64,000 bases of DNA from an uncultured bacterium (GTDB lineage: Bacteria; Hydrothermota; UBA3073; NMUJ01; CBEVQO01), in contig CBEVQO010000001.1 of NCBI GenBank assembly GCA_965552055.1, positions 288,001 to 352,000 on the forward strand. Direction: 5' to 3'. The notes under the pieces are model-generated. The model did no database searches and had not been told where the DNA came from. It saw only the letters and a program-made list of their open reading frames with translations. This document shows, piece by piece, positions 10,014 to 19,490 of the stretch. Positions within the stretch are counted from its first letter, which is position 1, and each line of letters opens with the position of its first letter. A program made the position numbers and the translations under genes.

Positions 10014-10739
10014 ATGAGTAAAAAGGTTGCTTATGCAGTGGGGCTGTTATCGGCATTAACCATACTCGCCATAGTGCTACTGCTGAATACGGTAATAGGG
10101 GTAGTGCCAAACCTCGTGGGGATAGACAGGGAAACAGCTGAAAAAATCGCACTATCAAGGGGATTCAAAATCAGCGTCACAGGAGAAAAAAGGGACAGCG
10201 CTTACCCGGCAGGAGTAATATGCGAACAGATAACAAAACCTTATCTGCCAAAGTTAAGAGGCTCGGCAATAAATGTAATAGTAAGTGCAGGAATAAGGTT
10301 AACGATACCGGATGTAACAGGAAAACCATTTGATGAAGCAAAAGCACAGATTGAGAAAATTGGATTAAAAGTGGGCAAAGTAACAAAGGAATATTCATCC
10401 GAAATACCCGCAGGATATGTGATAGCTATTAGCCCATCTGCAGGAACCCAGGTGGAACCCGGTACCGAAATCGCATTTATAGTAAGTAAGGGTGAAAAAC
10501 CAAAAGCCAAACCTTCAAAACCAAAAGTAGTTTATGTAAGAGTACCGAATTTAAAAGACAAATCATTAATGCAGGCAAGAGAAATTCTTGAAAGCAGGGG
10601 ATTAAGACTCGGAAAAGTACAAAAAGTAACAAATCCCGATGAACTATTCGATGTTATAATAGACCAGAATCCAAAACCCGGAACAAAAGTGAAAAGAGGA
10701 ACAGCTGTAAATGTAATCTATAACACTGAATTAGAATAG
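10014..10739 (+). CDS. Membrane-anchored protein with three PASTA domains
   Basis: N-terminal TM; repeats VPNLVG, IPDVTG, VPNLKD with Q.P.PG motifs; RBS AGGAGG. Confidence 0.9.
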   Translation: MSKKVAYAVGLLSALTILAIVLLLNTVIGVVPNLVGIDRETAEKIALSRGFKISVTGEKRDSAYPAGVICEQITKPYLPKLRGSAINVIVSAGIRLTIPDVTGKPFDEAKAQIEKIGLKVGKVTKEYSSEIPAGYVIAISPSAGTQVEPGTEIAFIVSKGEKPKAKPSKPKVVYVRVPNLKDKSLMQAREILESRGLRLGKVQKVTNPDELFDVIIDQNPKPGTKVKRGTAVNVIYNTELE

Positions 10740-10740
10740 T

Positions 10741-11349
10741 ATGCTCTTAATTCCTCTTTTAATGGGAGGACTGATGGAGATAAAGTTACCTCCACCGAAA
10801 CTCGATGGTAAAATGAGCGTCGAAAAAGCAATTTACCTGCGAAGGTCAATAAGAAGTTATAAGAAAAGGGAATTAACATGGGAAGAAATAGGACAATTAC
10901 TATGGGCTGGTCAGGGCATAACAGATAAGAAAAGGAGCTTTAGAGCAGCACCTTCCGCTGGCGCAACTTATCCACTCGAACTCTACATCATAATAAAAGA
11001 TGGAATTTACCATTACATCCCAAATGAACATAAATTGGTAAAAATAAAAGACGGAAATTTTAAAAAAGATTTGTATGAAGCATGCCTCCATCAGGACTGG
11101 GTATTTGAAGCTCCCCTGAATATCATAATTACTGCTAATTTTGAGCGAACAACGAGATATTACGGCGAAAGAGGGATAAGGTATGTGTGGATTGAAGCAG
11201 GTCATGTGGCTGAAAATATTCATTTACAGGCGGTAGCACTTGGACTCGGCTCTGTACCCATTGGTGCTTTTTACGATAATAAAATAAAGGAAATTCTGGG
11301 AGTGAAAGAAGCGCCCCTATATGTAATACCTGTTGGTGAACCAAAATAA
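10741..11349 (+). CDS. SagB/ThcOx-family nitroreductase-like dehydrogenase
   Basis: RRSIRSY, LLWAGQG, APSAGATYPLE, EAGHVAENIHLQA. Confidence 0.9.
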   Translation: MLLIPLLMGGLMEIKLPPPKLDGKMSVEKAIYLRRSIRSYKKRELTWEEIGQLLWAGQGITDKKRSFRAAPSAGATYPLELYIIIKDGIYHYIPNEHKLVKIKDGNFKKDLYEACLHQDWVFEAPLNIIITANFERTTRYYGERGIRYVWIEAGHVAENIHLQAVALGLGSVPIGAFYDNKIKEILGVKEAPLYVIPVGEPK

Positions 11350-11350
11350 A

Positions 11351-11752
11351 ATGGGCTTTACCTACATAAATGTAAAGGTAAAAGGTGAAAAATCTTCAAA
11401 AAATATAAAAATGCTGGTAGATACAGGTTCTATGTATATAATACTTAGCAAAGAAACCATTCAAAAGCTCGGATTGTTCGAAACACCTTATACTGTGAAA
11501 TTAACTCTTGCAGACAAAAGACTAATCGAAGCAAAGTTATTTCTGGCGGAAGTAGAAGTAAAAGGCAGAAAAGGTCCAGCATTTGTTGCCTGTGTTGACA
11601 CACCTGTACCTCTTCTTGGTGTTTACGCCCTTGAAACTCTTGGTTTTAAAGTTAATGTCACAAAAGGCGAACTTGAAGAAATTTCTCCTGAAGGTGGATA
11701 TTTATTAATCGCAAGAAGGAGGGGGTATGAAGATAAAATTTGTGAAAGGTGA
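11351..11752 (+). CDS. Retropepsin-like (clan AA) aspartic protease
   Basis: LVDTGS catalytic motif, LADKR flap, PLLGVYALE. Confidence 0.8.
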   Translation: MGFTYINVKVKGEKSSKNIKMLVDTGSMYIILSKETIQKLGLFETPYTVKLTLADKRLIEAKLFLAEVEVKGRKGPAFVACVDTPVPLLGVYALETLGFKVNVTKGELEEISPEGGYLLIARRRGYEDKICER

Positions 11753-12239
11753 TATAACCGATATGGAAGTTGATGCCATTGTAAATGCAGCAAATAATGA
11801 ATTGTGGATGGGTGGAGGTGTTGCAGGCGCTATTAAGCGCAAAGGAGGGATTGAAATCGAAGAAGAAGCAGTAAAAAAGGGACCGATACCCGTAGGCGAG
11901 GCAATAGTTACAGGAGCAGGCAAATTAAAAGCAAAATATGTGATTCATGGAGCAGTTATGGGAAGGGACCTCCAGACAGACGCCGAAAAAATAAAGAATG
12001 CAACGATAAACTCACTCAAAAGGGCAGAAGAACTGGGACTAAAATCAATAGCATTCCCTGCATTCGGAACAGGAGTGGGAGGTTTCCCAATGGATATCTG
12101 TGCAAAAATTATGATTGATACTGTCAAAAACTTCAAAGCAAATTCACTTGAAGAAGTTTATTTTGTGCTTTATACAGATTCCGCATATTACACATTTAAA
12201 AATTATTACGAAAAAAATTACGGAAAAGTTGAAGAATAA
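11727..12239 (+). CDS. Macro domain protein (ADP-ribose binding/hydrolase)
   Basis: GDIT, DAIVNAAN, GGGVAGAI, SIAFPAFGTGVGG. Confidence 0.93.
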   Translation: MKIKFVKGDITDMEVDAIVNAANNELWMGGGVAGAIKRKGGIEIEEEAVKKGPIPVGEAIVTGAGKLKAKYVIHGAVMGRDLQTDAEKIKNATINSLKRAEELGLKSIAFPAFGTGVGGFPMDICAKIMIDTVKNFKANSLEEVYFVLYTDSAYYTFKNYYEKNYGKVEE

Positions 12240-12480
12240 TTTTTTAAGCAAAAACATCTGCTGGTGGCTTTCTGATAAATCTTTAAAAGAATTTGAAGAA
12301 AAAATAGAAAAAGGCGATAAACTCGCAAGAAAACAATGGATCGAATGGACATTATCTTACGGCAAACTTGAAGACATCTTAAAACTAAATTTTGACGAAG
12401 TCAGAAAAATTTTTAAAGAATTAAATTTACCAGATAAAAAGATAGAATTTTTAAAATGGTTCTTCAGGGTAAAGGAATAA
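12229..12480 (+). CDS. Small hypothetical protein, likely partner of the downstream AbiEii-type gene
   Basis: 3' part of ORF 12115-12480; overlaps the start of the AbiEii-like remnant; start codon uncertain. Confidence 0.45.
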   Translation: MKNNFLSKNICWWLSDKSLKEFEEKIEKGDKLARKQWIEWTLSYGKLEDILKLNFDEVRKIFKELNLPDKKIEFLKWFFRVKE

Positions 12481-12931
12481 TCACACAAGAGCAAAAAGAA
12501 ATATTGAAAAAATTTGCAAAAATAGAAGGAGCAGTAGATTTTGTATTGACAGGAGGCACAGCGCTATCAGAATTTTATCTCGCACGGGATATGGTGTAAA
12601 AGTGAGCACTTTTTTGGACATAGCTTCACGAAAATTGATGGCATTACAGGAAAGAGCATCAGAAAGAGATTTTTTTGACCTTTACTTTATCCTTCAAAAA
12701 ATAGATTTTAAAGAACTTTTAAAAATAACGGAAAAAAATTTCAAATACTTTGACAAATTTAGATTGCTCGAAAAAATGTTTAGAATAAAAAAATTACCCG
12801 ACGATATAAAAGACTGGAGAATAGAAATTGTGAAAGAAACATCAGCCATACAAATAAAAGACAAATTTTATGAATTAATGGAAAAATTGAGAGAAGAAAT
12901 AGAAGATGAAAACAAAAGATTTCGATTATAG
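12456..12931 (+). pseudogene. AbiEii/AbiGii-family nucleotidyltransferase, internally deleted and frameshifted
   Basis: ATG 12456 gives FVLTGGTALSEFYLA then a stop near 12599; a second frame carries DIASRKLMAL..R..RDFFDLYFI; the HRxSxDLD core is missing. Confidence 0.75.
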
Positions 12932-13907
12932 TTTGCCAGAAGAATTAATCGCACAACATCCGGCAGAAAGGGGGAAATCACGGCTTTTAGTTTTGTATAA
13001 AGATACAGGAAAAATAGAACATACGATTTTTGAAAGAATAACAGATTTCTTAAATGAAAAGCATATTCTTGTGCTGAATGAAACAAAAGTTATAAAAGCA
13101 AGATTTTTTGGCAAAAGAAAAACCGGGGGCAAAGTAGAAATATTTTTATTACATAAATTAAATAATAAAAGATGGAGAGCACTAGCAAGACCTTCAAAGA
13201 AATTGAAAGAAGGAGAAAGAATAAAAATAGCAGATGGATTTGAAATCGAAATAAAAGGCGAAGAAGAAGGCAAAAAAATAGTGGAATTTTTAACAGAATT
13301 GGATGAGAAAGAAGCAATTGAGAGATATGGGAAAGTGCCTTTGCCACCCTATATAAGAAGGGAAGCAGAAAAAGATGATGAAGAGCGTTATCAAACTGTT
13401 TATGCAAAAGAAGAAGGCTCTGTAGCAGCACCAACAGCAGGATTGCACTTCACACAGGAAATTTTAAAAAAATTGGAAGAAAAAGGAGTAAAAATTTTAA
13501 AAATCACACTGCATATTGGATTGGGAACTTTTAAACCCATAAAAACAGAAAATGTGGAAAATCACAAAATGGAAGAAGAATTTTATAAAATTAAAAAAGA
13601 AGTTTGGGATGAAATCATGAAATCCAGAGATAAAAAAATAATAGCGGTAGGGACATCAACAGTCAGGGCGCTGGAGAGCTGTATCAGAACAGGCAAATTA
13701 GAATCTTGGACGGATTTATTCATTTATCCTGGATTTGAATTCAGGATAATAGATGGCATGGTGACGAATTTTCATCTTCCGTGTTCAACGCCACTTCTCC
13801 TTGTATGTGCACTCGCAGGAAAGGACAAAATAATGAGAGCATACAAAGAAGCAATCAAAAGAAAATACAGATTTTATTCCTACGGAGACGCAATGCTGAT
13901 ATTATGA
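12906..13907 (+). CDS. queA: S-adenosylmethionine:tRNA ribosyltransferase-isomerase
   Basis: FDYSLPEELIAQ, PLPPYI, YQTVYA, GSVAAPTAGLHF, TNFHLP, YSYGDAMLI. Confidence 0.97.
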   Translation: MKTKDFDYSLPEELIAQHPAERGKSRLLVLYKDTGKIEHTIFERITDFLNEKHILVLNETKVIKARFFGKRKTGGKVEIFLLHKLNNKRWRALARPSKKLKEGERIKIADGFEIEIKGEEEGKKIVEFLTELDEKEAIERYGKVPLPPYIRREAEKDDEERYQTVYAKEEGSVAAPTAGLHFTQEILKKLEEKGVKILKITLHIGLGTFKPIKTENVENHKMEEEFYKIKKEVWDEIMKSRDKKIIAVGTSTVRALESCIRTGKLESWTDLFIYPGFEFRIIDGMVTNFHLPCSTPLLLVCALAGKDKIMRAYKEAIKRKYRFYSYGDAMLIL

Positions 13908-14904
13908 GAACCAGAATTTTAATATCAATTTTAAGTGTAATAATTGGAGTCGGTATATTAATAAGTTGTAAGCAGAAGAAAGAGGGCTGTGAATGTGGTG
14001 CACCGCTTGAGGCACTCGCTGATAGTGGTAAAACTCTGCCAAAAGTCCCGCTTTCACCATGCCCTGAAGAATTCAAAAGATATGAAGAAGCTCTAACTGC
14101 AATTGATAAATTATTACAGAATCCTGCTATTCAAACAGGACTCGAATACTTCCAGAATAAAGGTTACACTTTGTTGAAGACGGACTACAGTGGCTTAATA
14201 AAAAGAGATATAGAAGGTCAATGTGTAACAGTAACGATGGCAACTTATGAGAATGAGATTTCAGCGTGGGTGAGGAAGATATAAAAATAGAAGATAGTTT
14301 GACTGTCTCTGGAGGAACTTACACTTATAAGGATGTGAAGGTTACAGACGGTGCAATAGTAACCTTAAGTGATTCTGTAACATTGCTATGCGATAAATTT
14401 GAGGTAACTGGTAACTCTCGCGTTTCAATAAATGGCAAACTGGTCGTTTATTGCAATGAAATGAAAGTATCGGGAGATGCTGAGATAAATGTGACAGGAG
14501 AATCTCGTAATCTGATATTTTTTGTAAAAGATAAAGCCGAGATAGAGGGGAGTGCTAATCTTATCTGCATTTTGTATTCTCCCGAAGGAGAAATAGAAAT
14601 TAAGGGAACATCAAATGTAACGGGTCAAATCGTAGCAAAAGAAGTGGAGATAAAAGGAAATGCGGAGATAGAGCAAAGGATTTACACGGACTTTTCCTAT
14701 ATTTTGACATTCGGTCCAGGTGGCGTGTGGATACTACCTGTAGGGCCAGAGAGCGAAACTCAGCTTAGCTTTTGGGATTTTCTCAAGTGCTTAGGAGTAG
14801 TGATAGGGGCATGCAAGGCTATTTGTAAAAATGACGCAACTTGTGGTTATATTTGCACTGCTGGTGGAGCAGCGTTATGTATATGGCAGTATTTTCTTAA
14901 ATAA
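13904..14904 (+). pseudogene. Putative lipoprotein with beta-solenoid region and Cys-rich C-terminal tail, split by a probable frameshift near 14265
   Basis: ATG 13904 gives a lipoprotein-type signal (ILIS-C); ORF ends at 14284 overlapping ORF 14266-14904, which has no RBS or signal of its own. Confidence 0.5.
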
Positions 14905-14933
14905 TTAATAGCTGCTGAACAAAAGGAGGGGAT

Positions 14934-15455
14934 ATGTTTTTGACATGCTGGTTTTTGCTTCCTTTTGTGTGGGACTATCTGTTCATAACGGATTTCGGGT
15001 GTAATTTTAAGAAAATGGAAGGTGAGAGATGTTCCTTACCAGTAGTGGCATTTTGGTTTACGAAAGAAAGTAAAGGTATTTTACCTGATGGAGCAAAAAT
15101 CGATATACCTCTCAGGAGAATTAAAATTGCATTTGAGAACGAAGATTACGAGGTGGATTTCTATTCCGAATGTTTATTTTATAAATTTTCCTTTAAGAGA
15201 TTTCTCTTTTTCCCTACTCTCGAATTTAATTATTTTATTTTTAATGGTGATAAAAATTCAGATTCATTTCTGGTTTCCACTGCTAATTTAGCATTTTTTA
15301 TCTGTTATATTTATCGTATTAAAAATACTGGCATATCTGCTTCTGTGGGCATTTCTTATCCAATCGGGCAAAAATATTTGTTAGGTAACAGAACAAAGAA
15401 TATCTCTGGATTAAAATCTCCAATTATAAGAATTGGGTTGGGTGCAAGAAGGTGA
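14934..15455 (+). CDS. Hypothetical protein (possible small beta-barrel)
   Basis: RBS AGGAGG; hydrophobic N-terminus; aromatic strand pattern. Confidence 0.55.
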   Translation: MFLTCWFLLPFVWDYLFITDFGCNFKKMEGERCSLPVVAFWFTKESKGILPDGAKIDIPLRRIKIAFENEDYEVDFYSECLFYKFSFKRFLFFPTLEFNYFIFNGDKNSDSFLVSTANLAFFICYIYRIKNTGISASVGISYPIGQKYLLGNRTKNISGLKSPIIRIGLGARR

Positions 15456-16060
15456 CAATGTGGGTGTATCTTTCCTTTTTTCTATTACCTTTCATTTATT
15501 TCAATAAGCAGTTTACTGCTTATGAATTTCTCCTCGCGTATCCATACAGAATTGATGTGGGTGGAAATCAATCTAACCTCGAATTTCTTGAAATTAGATG
15601 TTTAAAGCAAGGTAAAGTGCTGATTTCAGGACTAACTGGCAGTATTGGGCATGGAGAATGCACTTTTACAAAAAATTATGATATAGATTATGAAAGTGCT
15701 GGCATTTTAACTGGTTATCTCTATAAGAAAGGAAAAGCATCACTGGAACTTGCTTTGGCAACTGAATTGTGCCAATTAATGCTGAGCACGGAGCCTCCTT
15801 TTGAAAGTATAGAATGGGACAGTGCATTTACGGGATTTAATTTTAAAGCCACAAAATTATTAAAAGACTTCATGATAACTTCTATTTCGGTAAGTGGATA
15901 CTATCAATTAACTTCTAATCTATCTTTATCAATATCTGTGGGATTTACTCATAAATTGTTTTCCTGGACTTGGCAATTCGAAGGAGTTAAAATAAGAAAT
16001 GCTCCGGATGTAAGTCTGCCTCGCTTATATTGGGCAATCGGATTGAGATACTTGCAATAA
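15452..16060 (+). CDS. Hypothetical protein (possible outer-membrane beta-barrel)
   Basis: Coupled to upstream ORF; ends LYWAIGLRY. Confidence 0.55.
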   Translation: MTMWVYLSFFLLPFIYFNKQFTAYEFLLAYPYRIDVGGNQSNLEFLEIRCLKQGKVLISGLTGSIGHGECTFTKNYDIDYESAGILTGYLYKKGKASLELALATELCQLMLSTEPPFESIEWDSAFTGFNFKATKLLKDFMITSISVSGYYQLTSNLSLSISVGFTHKLFSWTWQFEGVKIRNAPDVSLPRLYWAIGLRYLQ

Positions 16061-16267
16061 GCAGTGATATATGGAACTTGCCAAGGAATGAAAAAAGAAT
16101 TTTTAGTTGCAATTTTCTCAAAGACAGATGACAATGTGGGTGTATCTTTCTCTTTTCCTGCTATTTCAAAAAGGAGGAGTGAGAAAATGAAATACCTGTG
16201 GGCTGTCATTTTAATAATATTTTTCTATCTTGCATTGAATTTTGTGCAAAAGATTAAATTTGCATGA

Positions 16268-16621
16268 TTGATGATTAAAAAATTATATGTTGCACTTGTA
16301 ACTTTTTTCGTGCTTTTGCATAATATTTTTATGTTACTTAAACATGTATATTTACCTTCGAACAGATTGCGTTTACTTATTATCATCTGTTGTATTTTTA
16401 TTTTGTTTTTAATTATTAAAAATCGAAAACAATGGAGAATATTCGCTCTGTGCCTTTATATCTTTCTATTGGGAAAAATTATTCCGCTAATTCTTAATAT
16501 GGATTTCAAAAAGATGTCTAAAAATGAGTTTTTTATATTTATTTACTCAGCGCTATTACTTTTGGCATTTGTTTATTCTTTATCTATTTTTGCTTCTATT
16601 TTATCTGTGCGGGAAAAATGA
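16268..16621 (+). CDS. Hypothetical four-TM membrane protein
   Basis: 117-aa hydrophobic ORF. Confidence 0.45.
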   Translation: MMIKKLYVALVTFFVLLHNIFMLLKHVYLPSNRLRLLIIICCIFILFLIIKNRKQWRIFALCLYIFLLGKIIPLILNMDFKKMSKNEFFIFIYSALLLLAFVYSLSIFASILSVREK

Positions 16622-16800
16622 AAACTTATATTATATTTCTCACAACTTTCACAATTGCAGATTCCTTGCTTTATTTATTGTTAAAATATACAAATTTAAT
16701 CTGGATGCAAATTTTCATAATGCTTTTTTGTATCAATTTTCTGTGCGATAAAAAGAATAACTTGACAAATTCATAATTTTTATTAAAATTTATCCTGGAG

Positions 16801-17832
16801 ATGTTGATGATGCTTCTTACTCTGGTTATGCGTGAGGCGATGTTTTATGAGCGCTTACCCGATGATTTTATTCGTTGTGGTATATGTTTTCGCAGATGTG
16901 TTGTTGCACCCGGTAAAGTGGGTTTCTGTCGAGTTCGTAAAAATATCAATGGCAAATATTTTTTGCTCGTGTATTCTTTGCCTTCGGCGGTGCATATTGA
17001 CCCGATTGAAAAAGAGCCACAATATCATTTTTTACCCGGTTCTGATATTCTTTGCATTGGAACTGTTGGATGTAATTTTGTTTGCAGGCATTGTCATAAC
17101 TGGCATCTATCACAGGCAAAATTCGGCGACCTTGAGATGTATAACCTGCCACCTGAAGAAGTAATAAAAATAGCGAAAGAAAGAAAAATACCAACAATAT
17201 CTTTTACCTACAATGAACCTCTTGTCTTTTACGAATATGTTTATGATATTGCAAGATTGGCTAAAAAAGAAGGGATAAGAATAATATGGCATTCAAATGG
17301 CTCTATAAATCCAGAACCTTTAAAAGAGCTTTTAAAATACACAGATGGTGTTACAATTGACCTTAAAGGTTTCAGTAAAAAGGCATACGATAATTCATCT
17401 GCGGAATTAGAACCTGTACTCCAAACTTTGAAGATTATAAAGGAATCAGGTAAATGGCTCGAGATAGTAAATCTCATTGTCACAACGATAAACGATGATA
17501 CAGGTGAAATAAGACGGATGTGCAGATGGATAAGAGAAAATTTAGGTGTTGATGTACCTTTGCATTTTACCAGATTTTTCCCGAATTATAAATTGACGAA
17601 TGTGCCACCTACTCCTATAAGCACTCTTGAAAAGGCTTATGAAATAGCAAAAGAAGAAGGTATAAAATTTGTTTATATCGGGAATGTCCCGGGACACAAA
17701 TACAACTCAACTTATTGTCCGAAATGTGGCAAAAGATTAATTTACAGAGTGCATTTCAATGTCCTTGAAAACAATATCGTTAATGGCAGATGTAAATTCT
17801 GTGGTTGCGAGATACCGGGTGTCTGGAGATAG
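16801..17832 (+). CDS. amrS: AmmeMemoRadiSam system radical SAM enzyme, paralogue 1
   Basis: CGICFRRC, DPIEKEP, CNFVCRHCHNW, FTYNEP, VPLHFTRF, YIGNVPG, CPKC. Confidence 0.9.
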   Translation: MLMMLLTLVMREAMFYERLPDDFIRCGICFRRCVVAPGKVGFCRVRKNINGKYFLLVYSLPSAVHIDPIEKEPQYHFLPGSDILCIGTVGCNFVCRHCHNWHLSQAKFGDLEMYNLPPEEVIKIAKERKIPTISFTYNEPLVFYEYVYDIARLAKKEGIRIIWHSNGSINPEPLKELLKYTDGVTIDLKGFSKKAYDNSSAELEPVLQTLKIIKESGKWLEIVNLIVTTINDDTGEIRRMCRWIRENLGVDVPLHFTRFFPNYKLTNVPPTPISTLEKAYEIAKEEGIKFVYIGNVPGHKYNSTYCPKCGKRLIYRVHFNVLENNIVNGRCKFCGCEIPGVWR

Positions 17833-17843
17833 TTAAATAATAT

Positions 17844-18236
17844 TTAAAGTTCTGTAATTTCTCCTTTTCTTAAAAGGTAAAAGTCAACTTCAGGTGGCTT
17901 TACGCTGTTATTTATTATTGCTCCCCATTTTTCCTGTAATATTGCTCCGATTATTGCATCTATTTTTTTATCTTTTTCAGTTCCAAGATTTTCAACTTCA
18001 AAAAATAATTCGCTGAATTGATATTTTTTGCCTTTTGAATCACAAATTTCTCCAGAAATCAAAACAGCCTCTTTGAAATACAAAGATTTACCCCCTAATT
18101 CAATTTTTAATGGTTGCACAGGTACTCTGAGACAATCTTTTGTAAATTCCGAGCGAATATAAGAATGCATTGCTCCAGTGTCAATAACTGCGTTTAATAC
18201 TTTGTCGTTTAAGATTATTTTTACAAATGGTCTCAT
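17844..18236 (-). CDS. Retropepsin-like aspartic protease
   Basis: AVIDTGA motif, DAIIGA; own promoter match upstream. Confidence 0.75.
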   Translation of the reverse strand: MRPFVKIILNDKVLNAVIDTGAMHSYIRSEFTKDCLRVPVQPLKIELGGKSLYFKEAVLISGEICDSKGKKYQFSELFFEVENLGTEKDKKIDAIIGAILQEKWGAIINNSVKPPEVDFYLLRKGEITEL

Positions 18237-18242
18237 CGGTAA

Positions 18243-18269
18243 ATTATAATCATCAATGTGTTATGTCAA
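18243..18269 (-). promoter_or_regulatory. sigma70-like promoter TTGACA-N15-TATAAT
   Basis: TGTCAA 18264-18269, ATTATA 18243-18248; ATG 6 nt downstream. Confidence 0.7.
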
Positions 18270-18304
18270 GCTTGACATTTGCATAATTGTTATAAAAAAT
18301 AAAG

Positions 18305-18892
18305 ATGAGGAAGTTTTTGTTGATTTTTTTTGCTATCGTTATAGTTATCGTCTGGAATTTGTGTAAAAAATCGAAAGTTTATCGTATTGGAGAAATTTGT
18401 GTTGATACATTGAAAAAGGAAATAAGGTTTAAAGGCGAAGTTCTTCGTGATACCGGTTATTTTTATTTTCTTATTTATGTTTCTGGTTATAAATGGTTGC
18501 GGGAAAAATGTGCCATCATATCCGATGTTAAGCTTTCTGACCTGCAAAATGCTATTGCTTTGCTCAACTGGATGCTGTGGGATAGTTTGTGGACAGGCAA
18601 AGAAAGAGACCGCTTTGATATTTTTATAAAATGTGGAGGGAAAGAGATAAATGCGAAAGAAATCGTTGATGCAGATTTGGAATTTGCCGATATGATTTTT
18701 CTTGGCTCTCCCTATTTTGACCCTGTTGTGCTTGAAGAGAGTGCCACAAATTGCACAGATTGTCCACTGCTTCCACGGGAAATTGAATTCATAGAAAAAG
18801 AAATATTAAAGGGTAAAAAGGGCTTTAAAATAAAAGGTGATTTTCTGAAAAGAGGCAAAAAAGTGGAAATAAGGATAAAATTGCATGGTTGA
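18305..18892 (+). CDS. Exported hypothetical protein with CxxC motif (YdjY-like)
   Basis: Signal/TM N-terminus; CTDCP; family assignment tentative. Confidence 0.5.
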   Translation: MRKFLLIFFAIVIVIVWNLCKKSKVYRIGEICVDTLKKEIRFKGEVLRDTGYFYFLIYVSGYKWLREKCAIISDVKLSDLQNAIALLNWMLWDSLWTGKERDRFDIFIKCGGKEINAKEIVDADLEFADMIFLGSPYFDPVVLEESATNCTDCPLLPREIEFIEKEILKGKKGFKIKGDFLKRGKKVEIRIKLHG

Positions 18893-19490
18893 GATGTTTT
18901 TACTCGGGGTTACTTCTTCTTTCTCGCAGTGTCTTTTGTGTTACTTCCCTGTGATATTTCCCTATTTGATTGCCACAAAGAGAGATTTAAAAAGCACATT
19001 GAAATCTATTTCAATATTTTTATTCACTGGTTTAGTTTGTTATACTTTGCTTGGTGCTTTTACTTCGCTTTTTTCTCAAAAACTTTTTTCTATTCTAAAA
19101 TCTTATAAAGTCTGGATATATATAGCGGGAGGTGGTTTTATAACTTTTCTTTCTTTGCTTTTGATTTTTGGTAAAGAGATTAAAATCTGCAAAATAAAGT
19201 TAAGGCAAAAAGAATTTAGCAATCTGGATTTTGTATTACTTGGCATTTTTTTCAGTATTTTACCATGTATCCCTCTTTTTTGTCTTCTGACTTATATTCT
19301 TTTGAAGGGTAAATCTTTTCTTGATGGTGCTTTGCTTGGATTTTTGTTTGGTTCAGGGAGATTTATCTCTCCTCTTTTTGTTTTTTCATTTGTTCCTCGC
19401 CTTTTGAAGAAGACATTACTTTTGTCGAGAATCTGTGGTTTTGTTATGCTGGTGATAGGTTTGAATTTGATATTTTCGCAGTTGCTATGA
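18885..19490 (+). CDS. DsbD/CcdA-like (TauE/SafE-related) membrane protein
   Basis: Six TM segments; CLLC..P in TM1 and LPCIP in TM4. Confidence 0.7.
   Translation: MVEMFLLGVTSSFSQCLLCYFPVIFPYLIATKRDLKSTLKSISIFLFTGLVCYTLLGAFTSLFSQKLFSILKSYKVWIYIAGGGFITFLSLLLIFGKEIKICKIKLRQKEFSNLDFVLLGIFFSILPCIPLFCLLTYILLKGKSFLDGALLGFLFGSGRFISPLFVFSFVPRLLKKTLLLSRICGFVMLVIGLNLIFSQLL

Noticed and set aside
13781..13903. Upstream part of the 167-aa ORF
   Set aside because: Overlaps queA out of frame; ATG 13904 gives a proper signal peptide
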